Positions 19,598-29,957 of a stretch of DNA of 64,000 nt are shown here, one piece after another. The notes below the pieces were generated by a model. That model worked only from the letters and a program-made list of their open reading frames with translations. It searched no databases and was not told the DNA's origin. The stretch is from Paracoccaceae bacterium (GTDB lineage Bacteria > Pseudomonadota > Alphaproteobacteria > Rhodobacterales > Rhodobacteraceae), in assembly GCA_016744015.1 (NCBI GenBank), contig JADGFD010000005.1:66208-130207 (forward strand), read 5' to 3'. The number at the start of each line of letters is the position of its first letter. The first letter of the stretch is position 1. Position numbers and translations under genes: made by a program.

Positions 19598-20824
19598 CTA
19601 GAAATATCGTGTAATATTTATCCCAAGGTTTGTGGGCGCTCTCAAGAAAACCCCCGAACCAGCCGAGGTTTCACGCCCGCCAAACTCTGTACCATTTGGG
19701 CCAAAGCCCTTGCTGGCATTCACCGAAATATCGAGGTTATCGCTTACAGACACCCCAGCCTGCACAGCGCCAAAAATGCTGCCGTCGTTCAGGCTTGTGA
19801 TCACGCTCGGAGATATAGTTATTGCCGCTGAAACGCTCAACTGTGCGCCCAGCGCCAAGAAGTCTTGCCCCACATTAAATAGCTGCCCTGTGGCTAGGCG
19901 GTCAGCTAAGGAAGCTGGCAAAGCGTCTAGTGGCGTCGCGGTATCCACACCAAAGCCATTATGAAAATACTCGGCGAAATAGGTGATGTTCATCTCGCCA
20001 ATGGTCCCACTATTGGAAATATTAGCAAGGAAATTCAATGCGGTGCTGCCATCAGCCAATAGCCATTGCCCGAGCTCAACATTCCATGCCGCATTGCCCA
20101 CCGGGCCGCCTAGGCCGAGGTTTACGAGCGTGTCACCATGGTCTTGCGCCAATAGCACCGTGCCGTCGAAATCACCCAAAAGCAAGCTGCTGCGCAGGGC
20201 CAGCGTGGATTCCTCCCACACCATCGGCCCCCCAGCCACCGCGCGGCGGGGCACAAATGCAGCTTCGATATCATTGCCATTGTCAAACAGCACCTGCGCA
20301 TAGGCCATTTCCACGCCCGGTTTATAAGCCGTATCCACCGCATTGGGCGCAAAAGGCGCAATAATGTCGGAGGGGCGAAAAACCAGCCCGCTTCCCCAAG
20401 TAACCGCCTGCCGCCCGAGCTTCAGTACAAAGCGCTGGTTTGAGTAGCTCACCGAAAGCCGGTCAATCCCTACCGTCATGCTTTGGTTGGTGTTGCTAAA
20501 AACCTCTGTGCTTAGGTCAAAGAAGCTGGGCGGTGGTGAGGGGGGAGTCATGCCCGCAAAAGCCCCGGCAAAGCCCACATTGTCACCCACCTGATAGCCA
20601 AGCAGCACTTGCGTTTCAAAGCGCAGCGCGCCTTCGCCGCCTTTCCAGATCAGCCGCGCTTTGGCGTCAAGCGTTTGGCGGGTTTCGAAGCCCAAAAGCG
20701 CATCTACACTGTCGGCCATTGCCCAATCAAAGCTGCCGCCAAAGTCCAGGCGCACAGAAACCGGATCCGCCAGTGCGGGGCCAGCCAGCAGGCTAGCTGC
20801 GAGTATCGCTGATAATTTGTCCAT
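19598..20824 (-). CDS. outer-membrane beta-barrel protein (alginate-export/porin-like), tentative
   Basis: Signal peptide 'AASLLAGPALA', an alternating beta-strand pattern, and a C-terminal aromatic residue (F). Confidence 0.5.
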   Translation of the reverse strand: MDKLSAILAASLLAGPALADPVSVRLDFGGSFDWAMADSVDALLGFETRQTLDAKARLIWKGGEGALRFETQVLLGYQVGDNVGFAGAFAGMTPPSPPPSFFDLSTEVFSNTNQSMTVGIDRLSVSYSNQRFVLKLGRQAVTWGSGLVFRPSDIIAPFAPNAVDTAYKPGVEMAYAQVLFDNGNDIEAAFVPRRAVAGGPMVWEESTLALRSSLLLGDFDGTVLLAQDHGDTLVNLGLGGPVGNAAWNVELGQWLLADGSTALNFLANISNSGTIGEMNITYFAEYFHNGFGVDTATPLDALPASLADRLATGQLFNVGQDFLALGAQLSVSAAITISPSVITSLNDGSIFGAVQAGVSVSDNLDISVNASKGFGPNGTEFGGRETSAGSGVFLRAPTNLGINITRYF

Positions 20825-21500
20825 CTTCCATCTCGATATGTCGTTTTGAATGGGCCATCACCCGCGGGTCGTGGGTGCCCATCAAAAAGGTTATCCCGCT
20901 GTCTTGGTTAAGCCGATACATCAGGTCCACCAGCTCGCCGGTGGTTTTGCTGTCCAGGTTGGCCGTGGGCTCATCGGCCAGCACAATCCGAGGCCGCCCC
21001 ACCAGCGCACGGGCAATCGCCACGCGCTGTTGCTGCCCGCCCGAAAGCGCCGAAGGGCGGCGGGTTTCCATGCCTTGCAGGCCCACTTCGGCTAAGGCCG
21101 CATCGGCGCGGCTTCGGCGCTCAGCGACGGACACTTTGGCCAGTCGCAGCACAAATTCTACATTTTCGCGGGCACTCAGCACCGGCACCAAATTATAGGC
21201 CTGAAAGATAAAGCCAACTTTCTGCAACCGCAGATCAGACAGCGCGCTTTTGCTCAGGCCGCTCAGGCTTTGGCCATCCACCGTAACCTCGCCCTCGGTG
21301 GGGTGGTCGAGCGCGCCGATCATATTGAGCAGCGTCGTTTTGCCAGAGCCAGACGGCCCCGCCAGCGTGGCAAAATCACCTTCCATAATATCAAGGTCAA
21401 TACCCCGCAGCGCATGCACCGCCAGCTCGCCCTTGCCAAAGACCTTGGTTATGCCCTTACAGCTCACAATTGCCGTCATCTCGTTTCCTTTATGTTGCAT
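20793..21500 (-). CDS. ABC transporter ATP-binding protein (LolD/MacB-type)
   Basis: Walker A 'GPSGSGKTT', signature 'LSGGQQQRVAIARAL', Walker B 'ILADEPT'. Confidence 0.9.
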   Translation of the reverse strand: MQHKGNEMTAIVSCKGITKVFGKGELAVHALRGIDLDIMEGDFATLAGPSGSGKTTLLNMIGALDHPTEGEVTVDGQSLSGLSKSALSDLRLQKVGFIFQAYNLVPVLSARENVEFVLRLAKVSVAERRSRADAALAEVGLQGMETRRPSALSGGQQQRVAIARALVGRPRIVLADEPTANLDSKTTGELVDLMYRLNQDSGITFLMGTHDPRVMAHSKRHIEMEDGQIISDTRS

Positions 21501-22716
21501 GGCGCATCGCCTCGACTGGCGAAATTTTGGCCGCGCGCCACGCGGGCCACAGCGCCACCAAAACGCCCAGCAGCCAAATGGCCAGTGGGAAGATCACGTA
21601 ATCAATCGGCTTAATTTCAAGGTAAAGCACCTCGCCCGATTTAAACGCTTCAAGCGCTTGGCTAAAGGCGCTAAGATCAATCCCATCCCGCAGCCCCCAC
21701 ACTGTTGCCGCGCCCATAGCCATGCCGATCAGCACGCCAAGGCCAATAAGCAGCACCGATTCAAGCGTGACCAGCGCCAGCACATGGCCGGGCTTGAGCC
21801 CCAGCGCCCGCAAGAGGCCAAACTCGTGGATGCGCTCAAACACCGCCATAAGCTGGGTGTTAATCACCCCGATCGAGATCATCACCATCATCACGCTCAT
21901 CCACACATAAACTGACGCGTCCATAGAAGCATCCATTGCCCCCAGCATGAGCGAAAGGTCTCGCCATTGGCGGATATCAAGGGTGGGGGCGGCTGCCCGC
22001 AGGCTGTCCACCACGCCGCTCAGCGCGTCATCCTGCGGCACTTCAAAGGCGATTTGCGCAATTTTATCGCCAACACCCACCATGTTTTGCATGGCCGTTT
22101 GGCCGGTAAAAACATAGGTGTCCTCAAAGGCGGTGTCGGCATCATAAATGCCCACCACATCAAAGCTGCGTTCTTCCAGCCAGCCATCCTCGCCCGTAAT
22201 CATCAAAATCACCCGCCGCCCGAGCGCCGTTTTTAACCGCTTGGCGAGGTTAAGCCCGATGACCGCCCCGTCATCTTCCGGCCCGCTTAAATAGCGGCCC
22301 TCCACCAGTTTTTCTGGCACAGATGAAATGCGTATCTCCGCCTCTGGCACCACGCCCACCACGCTCACGGGCAGGGTTTTGTATTCGGACTGCACCACGG
22401 CGGGCAGTTCCAGCCGTGCTGCCCAATTTGAAACTTCGGGAGCGTTTAGCGCCGCCAGCAAGGTGGCATCCGGTCGGTCCATCAAGCGGTCAATATTGGG
22501 GTTATCAAGGTAACCCTCGGCATGGATCTGCCCTTGCGCAAGCAGCAACCGCAAGGTGGCATCGCGCGAGCTTTGCGCCCACGCGGTGATAAAGCTCGCC
22601 ATTGCCAGCACAGACCAGAGCCCGACAGAGACCACAAAAAGCGTAATCACCGTGCGGCGCGGGTTTCGCCATAGGTTGCGCCACGCCAGCGGGGCCAATA
22701 GCCTGAAGTTTTCCAT
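21490..22716 (-). CDS. ABC transporter permease, FtsX-like (LolC/E-type)
   Basis: N-terminal TM, large periplasmic domain and a C-terminal 3-TM FtsX fold. Confidence 0.85.
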   Translation of the reverse strand: MENFRLLAPLAWRNLWRNPRRTVITLFVVSVGLWSVLAMASFITAWAQSSRDATLRLLLAQGQIHAEGYLDNPNIDRLMDRPDATLLAALNAPEVSNWAARLELPAVVQSEYKTLPVSVVGVVPEAEIRISSVPEKLVEGRYLSGPEDDGAVIGLNLAKRLKTALGRRVILMITGEDGWLEERSFDVVGIYDADTAFEDTYVFTGQTAMQNMVGVGDKIAQIAFEVPQDDALSGVVDSLRAAAPTLDIRQWRDLSLMLGAMDASMDASVYVWMSVMMVMISIGVINTQLMAVFERIHEFGLLRALGLKPGHVLALVTLESVLLIGLGVLIGMAMGAATVWGLRDGIDLSAFSQALEAFKSGEVLYLEIKPIDYVIFPLAIWLLGVLVALWPAWRAAKISPVEAMRHAT

Positions 22717-23936
22717 TATGCGGCCCCCATGGCTGTCACAGGCTCAAGGCCCAGAATGCGGCGATAGGGGATCAGCCCCAGAATAATGATCGAGATCACG
22801 ATCACCCCCGGCCCAGCCACGGCGCTTAGTAGGCTCAGATCAGGGTAAACCCGCCCCGAAATGCCCCATTGCCGAAACACCTCGTCCATACCCGGAAACT
22901 GGATGCCGACGTTTTCGACCCATAGGGTAACCCCCGCGCCAAGTGCGATACCAATGCCAGCACCAAGCAGCGAAAGAAATATCAGCTCAAGCCACACCAT
23001 GGTGCCAATTTGTGTGGGCCGCATGCCCACCGCCATTAGCCCACCAAACTCGCGCGTGCGCTCCAGCACCGACATATAAAGCGTGTTGAGCAAAATAAAC
23101 ACGACCACAATAATCATAACGCCGTAAGACAGCATCGCGGTGGATAAATCCAGCGTTATCATCTGCTTAACCTCTGGCTGTAACTCATCCCAGCGCAGGT
23201 AAACCGCGCCCTCGGTCTCAGCCATGTGCGCCAATGCGGGCGCGGCTTGCAGCACGGCGCTAAAATCACCCCCGCGCAGGGCGATTACATTTATGTTGTC
23301 ACCAAGGTTAAAAGTATCCTGAAAGCGCGCCAGCGGCATTTGGGTAATCTGGCGGTCTAGCCCCGAGATACCGGTGCTAAAAATCCCGACCAACTCCAGC
23401 ACATCAGCCGCCACGGCACCGTCATTTCCGGTGCCCAGCATGGTGACGTTATCGCCAAGCGTTAGCCCAAGGTTGCGCACCAGCCCTTCGCCCATCACAA
23501 TGGTGGCTTCATCGCCTTTCGCCAAATAGCGACCCTCGATGATAGTGCTCGCCAGCGTGCTCACTTTCGGCTCGGTCACGGGGTCCACGCCTATAATGGC
23601 GGCGCCAAAGCTGGTATCGCCGCTGGCCATAATGGCGAAGGAACTCGCGCGCGGGGTGGCCGTGTTTATCCCGTCCAGTTCAGCCGCCTCAACGAGGGCT
23701 TGCCAGTTTGGTAACAGGCGCGAGATATCGGGGTCGTCGTCATACCCAACAGGCTGAAACTGCCCATAACCATCCAGCAACCCCAGCGCGCCCACCTTCA
23801 TGGTGTCATAAATGCCAAGCTGAAAAGACAGCATAAACACCAGCAGAAGCGACGAAAACGCCAGCCCGATCAGGCTGAGAATAGAGCGCACCGGCTGCCG
23901 CCAGATATTGCGCCATGCAAGAGCGGCCAGCATCAC
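22716..23936 (-). CDS. ABC transporter permease, FtsX-like (LolC/E-type)
   Basis: Paralogue of the previous gene. Confidence 0.85.
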   Translation of the reverse strand: MMLAALAWRNIWRQPVRSILSLIGLAFSSLLLVFMLSFQLGIYDTMKVGALGLLDGYGQFQPVGYDDDPDISRLLPNWQALVEAAELDGINTATPRASSFAIMASGDTSFGAAIIGVDPVTEPKVSTLASTIIEGRYLAKGDEATIVMGEGLVRNLGLTLGDNVTMLGTGNDGAVAADVLELVGIFSTGISGLDRQITQMPLARFQDTFNLGDNINVIALRGGDFSAVLQAAPALAHMAETEGAVYLRWDELQPEVKQMITLDLSTAMLSYGVMIIVVVFILLNTLYMSVLERTREFGGLMAVGMRPTQIGTMVWLELIFLSLLGAGIGIALGAGVTLWVENVGIQFPGMDEVFRQWGISGRVYPDLSLLSAVAGPGVIVISIIILGLIPYRRILGLEPVTAMGAA

Positions 23937-24695
23937 TTACCTCGGGTTTTGCAGGTTGGAACGAGTAAACAGGTAGCTCGGATTACTCACATCAAACTCC
24001 GCCGATTGCGTTACAATCTTTGTCCACTGCCCCGGGGTATCCACGCTGCTCATGGTGAGCTCGGTCGGATAAGGCCGCCCGCCCAGATTTCGCACACGGT
24101 CAGCGACCATGGTGCGCACAAGGTTGCCGGATTGGTCATAAAACTCCTGTCGGAGCAGCACGTAGTCATCGCGCACATGCACAATTTGCTTGCCCCACAC
24201 AATAGGCTTGCCGCGCTTGGGTACGCTCTCGATTATATAAACCGTATGGCCGCTATGGCGGCCTGTGCCCAGTAATGTGTGGGTATAATCATCCACCAGC
24301 TCACGAGCTTTTGTGAGGTCACTATAGCTAAAATCTGACTCCATCCAGCTTTGACTCATGGCCGAGGCTGGCAGCTGAATTACCTGATTGAGCTTGGGGT
24401 TAAACACATAGGTCCGCCGCCCGCTTTGCAAAGTGGCATTGCCAGCATCGCGTGCGGGAGCAATGAAGCGCACCAGCGCCTTATCATCCCCTTCTGTCCA
24501 GCTTTCCATGGTGAGTGAGCGGGTGCCGGAACTGCCGCGAATGGTCATCTCCGCAATGGCATGGGAGCTGGTGGCGCGCCAGTTGTTAAACGCCGCCCTT
24601 AACAGCGCCGCCGGGTCTTGCGCCATGGCTGCATTTGGCAAAAGCAACGCAGCGGCGCTTATCTTCATCAGGTTGCGGCGGGTTAGTTTTGGCAT
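23937..24695 (-). CDS. outer membrane lipoprotein-sorting (LolA-like) protein
   Basis: Signal peptide followed by a LolA-like beta-rich profile. First gene of the cluster. Confidence 0.65.
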   Translation of the reverse strand: MPKLTRRNLMKISAAALLLPNAAMAQDPAALLRAAFNNWRATSSHAIAEMTIRGSSGTRSLTMESWTEGDDKALVRFIAPARDAGNATLQSGRRTYVFNPKLNQVIQLPASAMSQSWMESDFSYSDLTKARELVDDYTHTLLGTGRHSGHTVYIIESVPKRGKPIVWGKQIVHVRDDYVLLRQEFYDQSGNLVRTMVADRVRNLGGRPYPTELTMSSVDTPGQWTKIVTQSAEFDVSNPSYLFTRSNLQNPR

Positions 24696-24741
24696 AACAG
24701 GCTCCTACTTGCGTCGGGGGGCGTGGGTCGCTAAGATATTG

Positions 24742-24757
24742 TGGACCGATCGGTCCA
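24742..24757. promoter_or_regulatory. perfect 16-bp palindrome TGGACCGATCGGTCCA, candidate TetR operator
   Basis: Lies in the divergent region between the LolA-like cluster and the TetR gene. Confidence 0.5.
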
Positions 24758-24794
24758 TTCATATTTAGTCCCGCTCAAAGGCCCTGTCAACCCC

Positions 24795-25415
24795 ATGCCG
24801 CCCCACCCCTCCCTTAAGATGAAGCCCGAGCGCCGCACCCGGCTTTTTGCCGCTGCTACGCGCGAGTTTACCGAGCTAGGCTTCGAGCAAGCCTCGCTGA
24901 ATAAAATCATTAGCGAAGTGGGCATGAGCAAGAGCAGTTTTTACCATTATTTTGGCAATAAAACCGAACTGTTCGAACAAATATTCGCCCAAACTCTCGC
25001 ACCGATTACCAAAATCGCAGAGGCGTTTCAGCCAGAGATTCTCACCAAAGATACCTTTTGGCCCGGAATCCTTATGGCCTCAAAAGGCGGCGGTAAATTT
25101 TTTGCCAGCCAGCCCGAAATATTCAATGTCGGGCGGATGTTTCACCGAAACCTGAACGAACCAAACGGCATTTGCGCCGAAATGATGGCATCCCCATTGG
25201 CACTGGTTTCCCGTATTCTGGAGCATGGCAAAACCATTGGTACCATCCGCAATGACCTCCCGACCTCGCTTTTGATCGAAGTGGCTATGGCCATGGGCAT
25301 GGCGATTGATGGCTGGGCCGTTGAAAATATTCAAAGCAACAGCAAAAACGCGTTTGAAGATTTTAATGAAAAGGTCGTCGGCATGTTTATCAATGTGTTG
25401 TCACCGAAGCCATAA
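24795..25415 (+). CDS. TetR/AcrR family transcriptional regulator
   Basis: HTH 'ATREFTELGFEQASLNKIISEVGMSKSSFYHYF'. The start is uncertain (24795 or 24819), because the palindrome overlaps the ATG at 24741. Confidence 0.8.
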   Translation: MPPHPSLKMKPERRTRLFAAATREFTELGFEQASLNKIISEVGMSKSSFYHYFGNKTELFEQIFAQTLAPITKIAEAFQPEILTKDTFWPGILMASKGGGKFFASQPEIFNVGRMFHRNLNEPNGICAEMMASPLALVSRILEHGKTIGTIRNDLPTSLLIEVAMAMGMAIDGWAVENIQSNSKNAFEDFNEKVVGMFINVLSPKP

Positions 25416-26035
25416 TGGGGTTTTACGACACAAAAATCCTGCCATACCTTACCGACAAGGCCTGCGGCGGCGGGTTTGCCAAAGCCCAGCGGCAAAAGGT
25501 GGTGCCACATGCGTGGGGCGAGGTGCTGGAAATTGGTGTCGGCTCCGGCCATAATTTACCGCTTTATGACGCGCACAAAGTAAGCAAAGTGTGGGCGCTG
25601 GAGCCATCTCGTGAAATGCGGGCGAAAGCCGTAAAAGTGGCGACGCAAGCGGCGGTGCCGGTCTCGTTTATCAGCCTGCCGGGTGAAGAAATTCCGCTGG
25701 ATGACAAGAGCGTGGATACAGTGCTGGTGACCTACACGCTTTGCACTATTCCTGATGTAACCACCGCCCTTCAGCAAATGCGCCGCGTGCTCAAGTCTAG
25801 CGGCCAGCTGATATTTTGCGAGCATGGCCAAGCGCCCGACCCTTCGGTGCGCCGCTGGCAAGATAGGCTAGACCCTATTTGGGGCCAGTTTGCCGGGGGC
25901 TGCCATCTGAACCGGCCGATTGATGCTTTGATTAAGCAGGCCGGATTTCACATTAAAACACTGGACACAGGATACATCGCCCGCCCGAAATTTGCGGGAT
26001 TTAACTATTGGGGCACCGCAAAGCCCGATAGCTAA
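25415..26035 (+). CDS. class I SAM-dependent methyltransferase
   Basis: 'VLEIGVGSGHNL'. Confidence 0.75.
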   Translation: MGFYDTKILPYLTDKACGGGFAKAQRQKVVPHAWGEVLEIGVGSGHNLPLYDAHKVSKVWALEPSREMRAKAVKVATQAAVPVSFISLPGEEIPLDDKSVDTVLVTYTLCTIPDVTTALQQMRRVLKSSGQLIFCEHGQAPDPSVRRWQDRLDPIWGQFAGGCHLNRPIDALIKQAGFHIKTLDTGYIARPKFAGFNYWGTAKPDS

Positions 26036-26061
26036 ATGCTGTATTAGGTTGAAACTATGTT

Positions 26062-27531
26062 TTGAGTATGCCACTCAAACCTATGCAAAAAACCCGCGCC
26101 ATTATGATTCAAGGCACCGGCTCCAATGTCGGTAAATCACTGCTGGTGGCTGGTATTTGCCGCGCGTTGCACCTGCGCGGCCTGAATGTGCGGCCCTTTA
26201 AGCCGCAAAATATGTCTAACAATGCGGCCGTAGCCGGGGGCGGTGAAATTGGCCGGGCGCAGGCTTTGCAGGCCTTGGCCTGCGGGGTGAAGCCAAGCGT
26301 GGATATGAACCCGATACTGCTAAAACCCGAGTCTGAAACTGGTGCGCAGGTGGTGGTGCAGGGACAGCGATTTGCGACAGCAAAGGCGCGAGCGTATGGC
26401 GGGCTGAAGGCTTCGCTTATGCCGCGCGTTTTGCAAAGCTTTGCGCGGCTTAAAGCGGAGGCTGAAATTGTGGTGATCGAGGGCGCGGGCAGCCCCGCCG
26501 AAATTAACCTCCGCGCGGGGGATATCGCCAATATGGGATTTGCCGAGGCCGCAAATGTGCCGGTGGTGCTGGTGGGTGATATAGACCGCGGCGGCGTAAT
26601 TGCGCAGATTGTGGGCACAAAAGCGGTGATTTCTAAGGGTGATGCGGCGCGGATCAAAGGCTTCATCGTTAACAAATTTCGCGGCGACCCCTCCCTTTTT
26701 GATGAAGGATTTGCGGCGATTGAGAACCACACAAGCTGGCGCGGGCTTGGCACTTTGCCATGGTTCGCAGACGCCCACAAGCTCCCTGCCGAGGATGCGC
26801 TGGACATCCGGTCAGGCGGCACGGGCGCTTACCACATCGCCGTGCCCCAACTTTCCCGCATGGCCAATTTTGATGACCTTGACCCGCTGGCGCAGGAGCC
26901 AAACATGCGGGTCACTATGGTGCCGCCCGGCAAAGCCCTGCCAGGGGATGCTGACCTTGTGCTCATTCCCGGCACAAAATCCACCATCAAGGACCTCGCG
27001 TTCTTCCAAGCTCAAGGCTGGGAGCTGGACCTGAAAGCGCATTTGCGGCGGGGCGGCAAGGTGCTGGGGGTTTGTGGCGGCTACCAAATGCTTGGGCAGC
27101 GCATTGCGGACCCTGAAGGCATTGAAGGGCCGGCCGGCGCGGTAAACGGCCTCGGGCTTTTGGATGTAGAAACCGTGATGGTGCCGGAAAAAAGTGTGAC
27201 GGAAGTGGAGGCCAAGCATGTGGCCTCGGGGGCGCAAGTTCGCGGCTACGAAATCCATATCGGCACCACAGAGGGGGCAGACAGGGCGCGCCCGATGTTT
27301 AGCATTTCCGGCCAGCCCGAGGGTGCCATCAGCACCAACGGGCAAGTCTCTGGCACTTATCTGCACGGGCTGTTTAGCGCTGACGCATTTCGTGCGGCGT
27401 GGCTTGAAGCCCAAGGTGCGGGGGCCTCAACGCTCGCTTATGGCGCTGCGGTTGAAACCGCACTGGATGCGCTAGCGGCGCATATTGAGGTGCATATTGA
27501 CCTAGACGCCCTACTTGAAATGGCGCGATGA
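26062..27531 (+). CDS. cobQ: cobyric acid synthase
   Basis: '[13 protein letters not shown]' P-loop and a C-terminal glutamine amidotransferase domain. Confidence 0.9.
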   Translation: MSMPLKPMQKTRAIMIQGTGSNVGKSLLVAGICRALHLRGLNVRPFKPQNMSNNAAVAGGGEIGRAQALQALACGVKPSVDMNPILLKPESETGAQVVVQGQRFATAKARAYGGLKASLMPRVLQSFARLKAEAEIVVIEGAGSPAEINLRAGDIANMGFAEAANVPVVLVGDIDRGGVIAQIVGTKAVISKGDAARIKGFIVNKFRGDPSLFDEGFAAIENHTSWRGLGTLPWFADAHKLPAEDALDIRSGGTGAYHIAVPQLSRMANFDDLDPLAQEPNMRVTMVPPGKALPGDADLVLIPGTKSTIKDLAFFQAQGWELDLKAHLRRGGKVLGVCGGYQMLGQRIADPEGIEGPAGAVNGLGLLDVETVMVPEKSVTEVEAKHVASGAQVRGYEIHIGTTEGADRARPMFSISGQPEGAISTNGQVSGTYLHGLFSADAFRAAWLEAQGAGASTLAYGAAVETALDALAAHIEVHIDLDALLEMAR

Positions 27532-28109
27532 TCACGGTGGCAAACATAGAACAGGCGCTGACCCGCCCTGCCCCTGTGGCCTCAAGTGACTATGATTATG
27601 CACCGGGTCTGCGCACCAAATCCCGCATGCTGCGCCCTGCGGCGGTGCTCATTGCCCTGCAAGAAGGCCCGCGCGGGCTGGAGGTTATCCTCACCCGCCG
27701 CGCCGCGCATTTGCGCAATCACCCCGGCCAAGTGGCCTTCCCAGGGGGGAAGGTTGAGGACCATGACGCGGGGCTGTGGCAGGCGGCCTTGCGCGAGGCC
27801 GAGGAGGAAATTGGGCTGGCAAGGGCGCGCCATTTGGGAGCCTTGCAAGGACATGAAAGCGTGACTGGCTTTGAAATAAGCCCGCAAGTGGGGCTGATTG
27901 AGGGGCAATTTATGCCACGGCCAGACCCATCTGAAGTGGAGGAAGTCTTTACCGTGCCACTAGATTTTTTGATGAACCCAGCAAATATGTGCCTGCACCA
28001 GCGCCCTTGGCGCGGACATATGCGGGGGTATCTGGCAATACCTTATGGGCCGCACTATATTTGGGGTGCGAGTGCACGGATGATCAGGAACCTGGCGGAA
28101 CGGTTGTGA
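27528..28109 (+). CDS. CoA pyrophosphatase (NUDIX hydrolase)
   Basis: Nudix box '[25 protein letters not shown]'. Confidence 0.8.
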   Translation: MITVANIEQALTRPAPVASSDYDYAPGLRTKSRMLRPAAVLIALQEGPRGLEVILTRRAAHLRNHPGQVAFPGGKVEDHDAGLWQAALREAEEEIGLARARHLGALQGHESVTGFEISPQVGLIEGQFMPRPDPSEVEEVFTVPLDFLMNPANMCLHQRPWRGHMRGYLAIPYGPHYIWGASARMIRNLAERL

Positions 28110-28150
28110 GAATTACAGAGGCAAAATGGCTGGAAGATGCCGCGCCAGTG

Positions 28151-29257
28151 ATGGCAATGCTCAAAGCTGCGGGCCATCGCGCGCTGGCCGTGGGCGGCTG
28201 CGTGCGCAACGAGGTTTTTGATGAGCCCATCGCTGATGTTGATATTGCGACCGACGCCCTGCCCGAAGCCGTTATGGCTTTGGCCAAAAGCGCAGGTTTT
28301 CGGGCTGTGCCGACGGGCATAGAGCACGGCACGGTTACTGTAGTTTACAAGGGCGAGGCCTATGAAATAACGACCTTTCGCAAAGATGTAGAAACCGACG
28401 GGCGGCGCGCCGTGGTGGCGTTTTCAGCTGATATTATGGACGATGCCCGACGGCGGGATTTTACTTTTAATGCACTTTATGTGCAGGCCGATGGCGAGAT
28501 TATTGACCCTCTTGGCGGGCTGGAAGACGCCAAAGCACGGCGGTTGCGGTTTATCGAAAACGCCTTTGAGCGCATTGCCGAGGACGGCCTGCGCATTTTG
28601 CGTTATTTCCGGTTTTATGCCCAATATTGCAACCCGTTAGACGGGCCGGATATGGAAGCGATTGCGGCCATTTCCGGCAGTATCGGCGGGTTGGACGGGC
28701 TATCCGCCGAGCGGGTTGGTGCGGAAATGCGCAAGCTATTGAGCGCGCCGGACCCCGCGCCCGCATTGGCACTTATGGCGCAAACAGGCGTGCTGGCGCG
28801 GGTGCTCCCCGGGGCCGATTCCCGCTTTATCGCCCCCTTGGTCACGCTTGAAAGTGGTCAGCCAATCCGCTGGCTACGGCGGCTGGCAGCGCTGGGGGGC
28901 AAGGCACCGGCAAGCCGCTGGCGGCTCTCCAAGGCGGAGGCCAAAGCGCTGGCAAATATCCTTGCAGCCATGGCATTGCCAAGCCTGATCGAGGCTGGAT
29001 ACAGGTTGGGCGAAACCGCTGCGATTGATGCTCTATTGGTGCAATGCGCCAGCATCGGCCAGCCCGCCAACCCCACTGTCATCAGAAAAATTAAAGCCGC
29101 GTCGCAACAGGTTTTTCCGCTCAAAGCCCCCTATGTGATGGACCGCATCCCGCCCGGAAAAGCTCTAGGCACAGAGCTTAAGCGCCTCGAAAAACTGTGG
29201 ATAGACTCTGGCTTTACGCTGAGCGCTACAGCGCTTGACAAGATGGTAAAACCCTGA
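28151..29257 (+). CDS. cca: CCA tRNA nucleotidyltransferase / poly(A) polymerase family
   Basis: 'GGCVRNEVFDEPIADVDIATDALPE'. The in-frame GTG at 28106 is an alternative start. Confidence 0.75.
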   Translation: MAMLKAAGHRALAVGGCVRNEVFDEPIADVDIATDALPEAVMALAKSAGFRAVPTGIEHGTVTVVYKGEAYEITTFRKDVETDGRRAVVAFSADIMDDARRRDFTFNALYVQADGEIIDPLGGLEDAKARRLRFIENAFERIAEDGLRILRYFRFYAQYCNPLDGPDMEAIAAISGSIGGLDGLSAERVGAEMRKLLSAPDPAPALALMAQTGVLARVLPGADSRFIAPLVTLESGQPIRWLRRLAALGGKAPASRWRLSKAEAKALANILAAMALPSLIEAGYRLGETAAIDALLVQCASIGQPANPTVIRKIKAASQQVFPLKAPYVMDRIPPGKALGTELKRLEKLWIDSGFTLSATALDKMVKP

Positions 29258-29290
29258 AAAGGTCACAATAGTTGACCTTTAGGAAGCCCC

Positions 29291-29893
29291 ATGTCTATTG
29301 ATAGCCTACTAGCCCTTCTGGGCATTGTCATGGCCTCGGCCTGGACGCCCGGACCAAATAATATGATGCTGGCCGCCTCGGGCGTAAACTATGGTTTGCG
29401 CGCCACGGTCCCGCATATTTTTGGCGTGTTTATTGGCTTTGGGTTGATGATATTTTCAATCTCCCTAGGCCTCGGCGAAGTGTTTAACACCTATCCTCTC
29501 TTGCACGAAATCCTGCGTTGGGGCGGAGCTTTGATGCTGATTTGGGTAGCGTGGAAAATAGCCACAGCCAAGCGCCCCGGCGAGGCCGGCGCAGCCACCA
29601 AGCCCTTTACCTTTATTCAGGCCGCAGCGTTTCAGTGGATAAACCCCAAAGCCTGGATCATGTGCATCAGTATTTCAGCCCAATTTTTGCACCCCGAGAA
29701 CCCGGTGATGAGCGCCGCTATCATTGCGAGTATTTCAATGCTTGGCGGCGCGACTTCAGCCACCGGCTGGGCATGGTTTGGTATGCTACTGGCGCGCTGG
29801 CTGCACAGCTCGGCCCGGCTGCGGGCGTTTAACTGGAGCATGGCGGCGATCATTTTAGCGGGCGTGCTGGTGGTTATATTCGGCGGGTTCTAA
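29291..29893 (+). CDS. LysE/RhtB family amino-acid efflux translocator
   Basis: 6-TM profile with 'PGPNNMMLAASG'. Confidence 0.85.
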   Translation: MSIDSLLALLGIVMASAWTPGPNNMMLAASGVNYGLRATVPHIFGVFIGFGLMIFSISLGLGEVFNTYPLLHEILRWGGALMLIWVAWKIATAKRPGEAGAATKPFTFIQAAAFQWINPKAWIMCISISAQFLHPENPVMSAAIIASISMLGGATSATGWAWFGMLLARWLHSSARLRAFNWSMAAIILAGVLVVIFGGF

Positions 29894-29896
29894 ACG

Positions 29897-29930
29897 AAAA
29901 CAACGCGCAGCTTTCACTACGCGTTGTTTA
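29897..29930. terminator. bidirectional hairpin between the convergent LysE and DUF2158-like genes
   Basis: AAAACAACGCG-12-nt loop-CGCGTTGTTTA. Confidence 0.5.
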
Positions 29931-29957
29931 AATATCCTAGCTTAAAACCAGTGCAAC

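Noticed and set aside
26109-26822. 237-aa minus-strand ORF
   Set aside because: It is antisense to cobQ.
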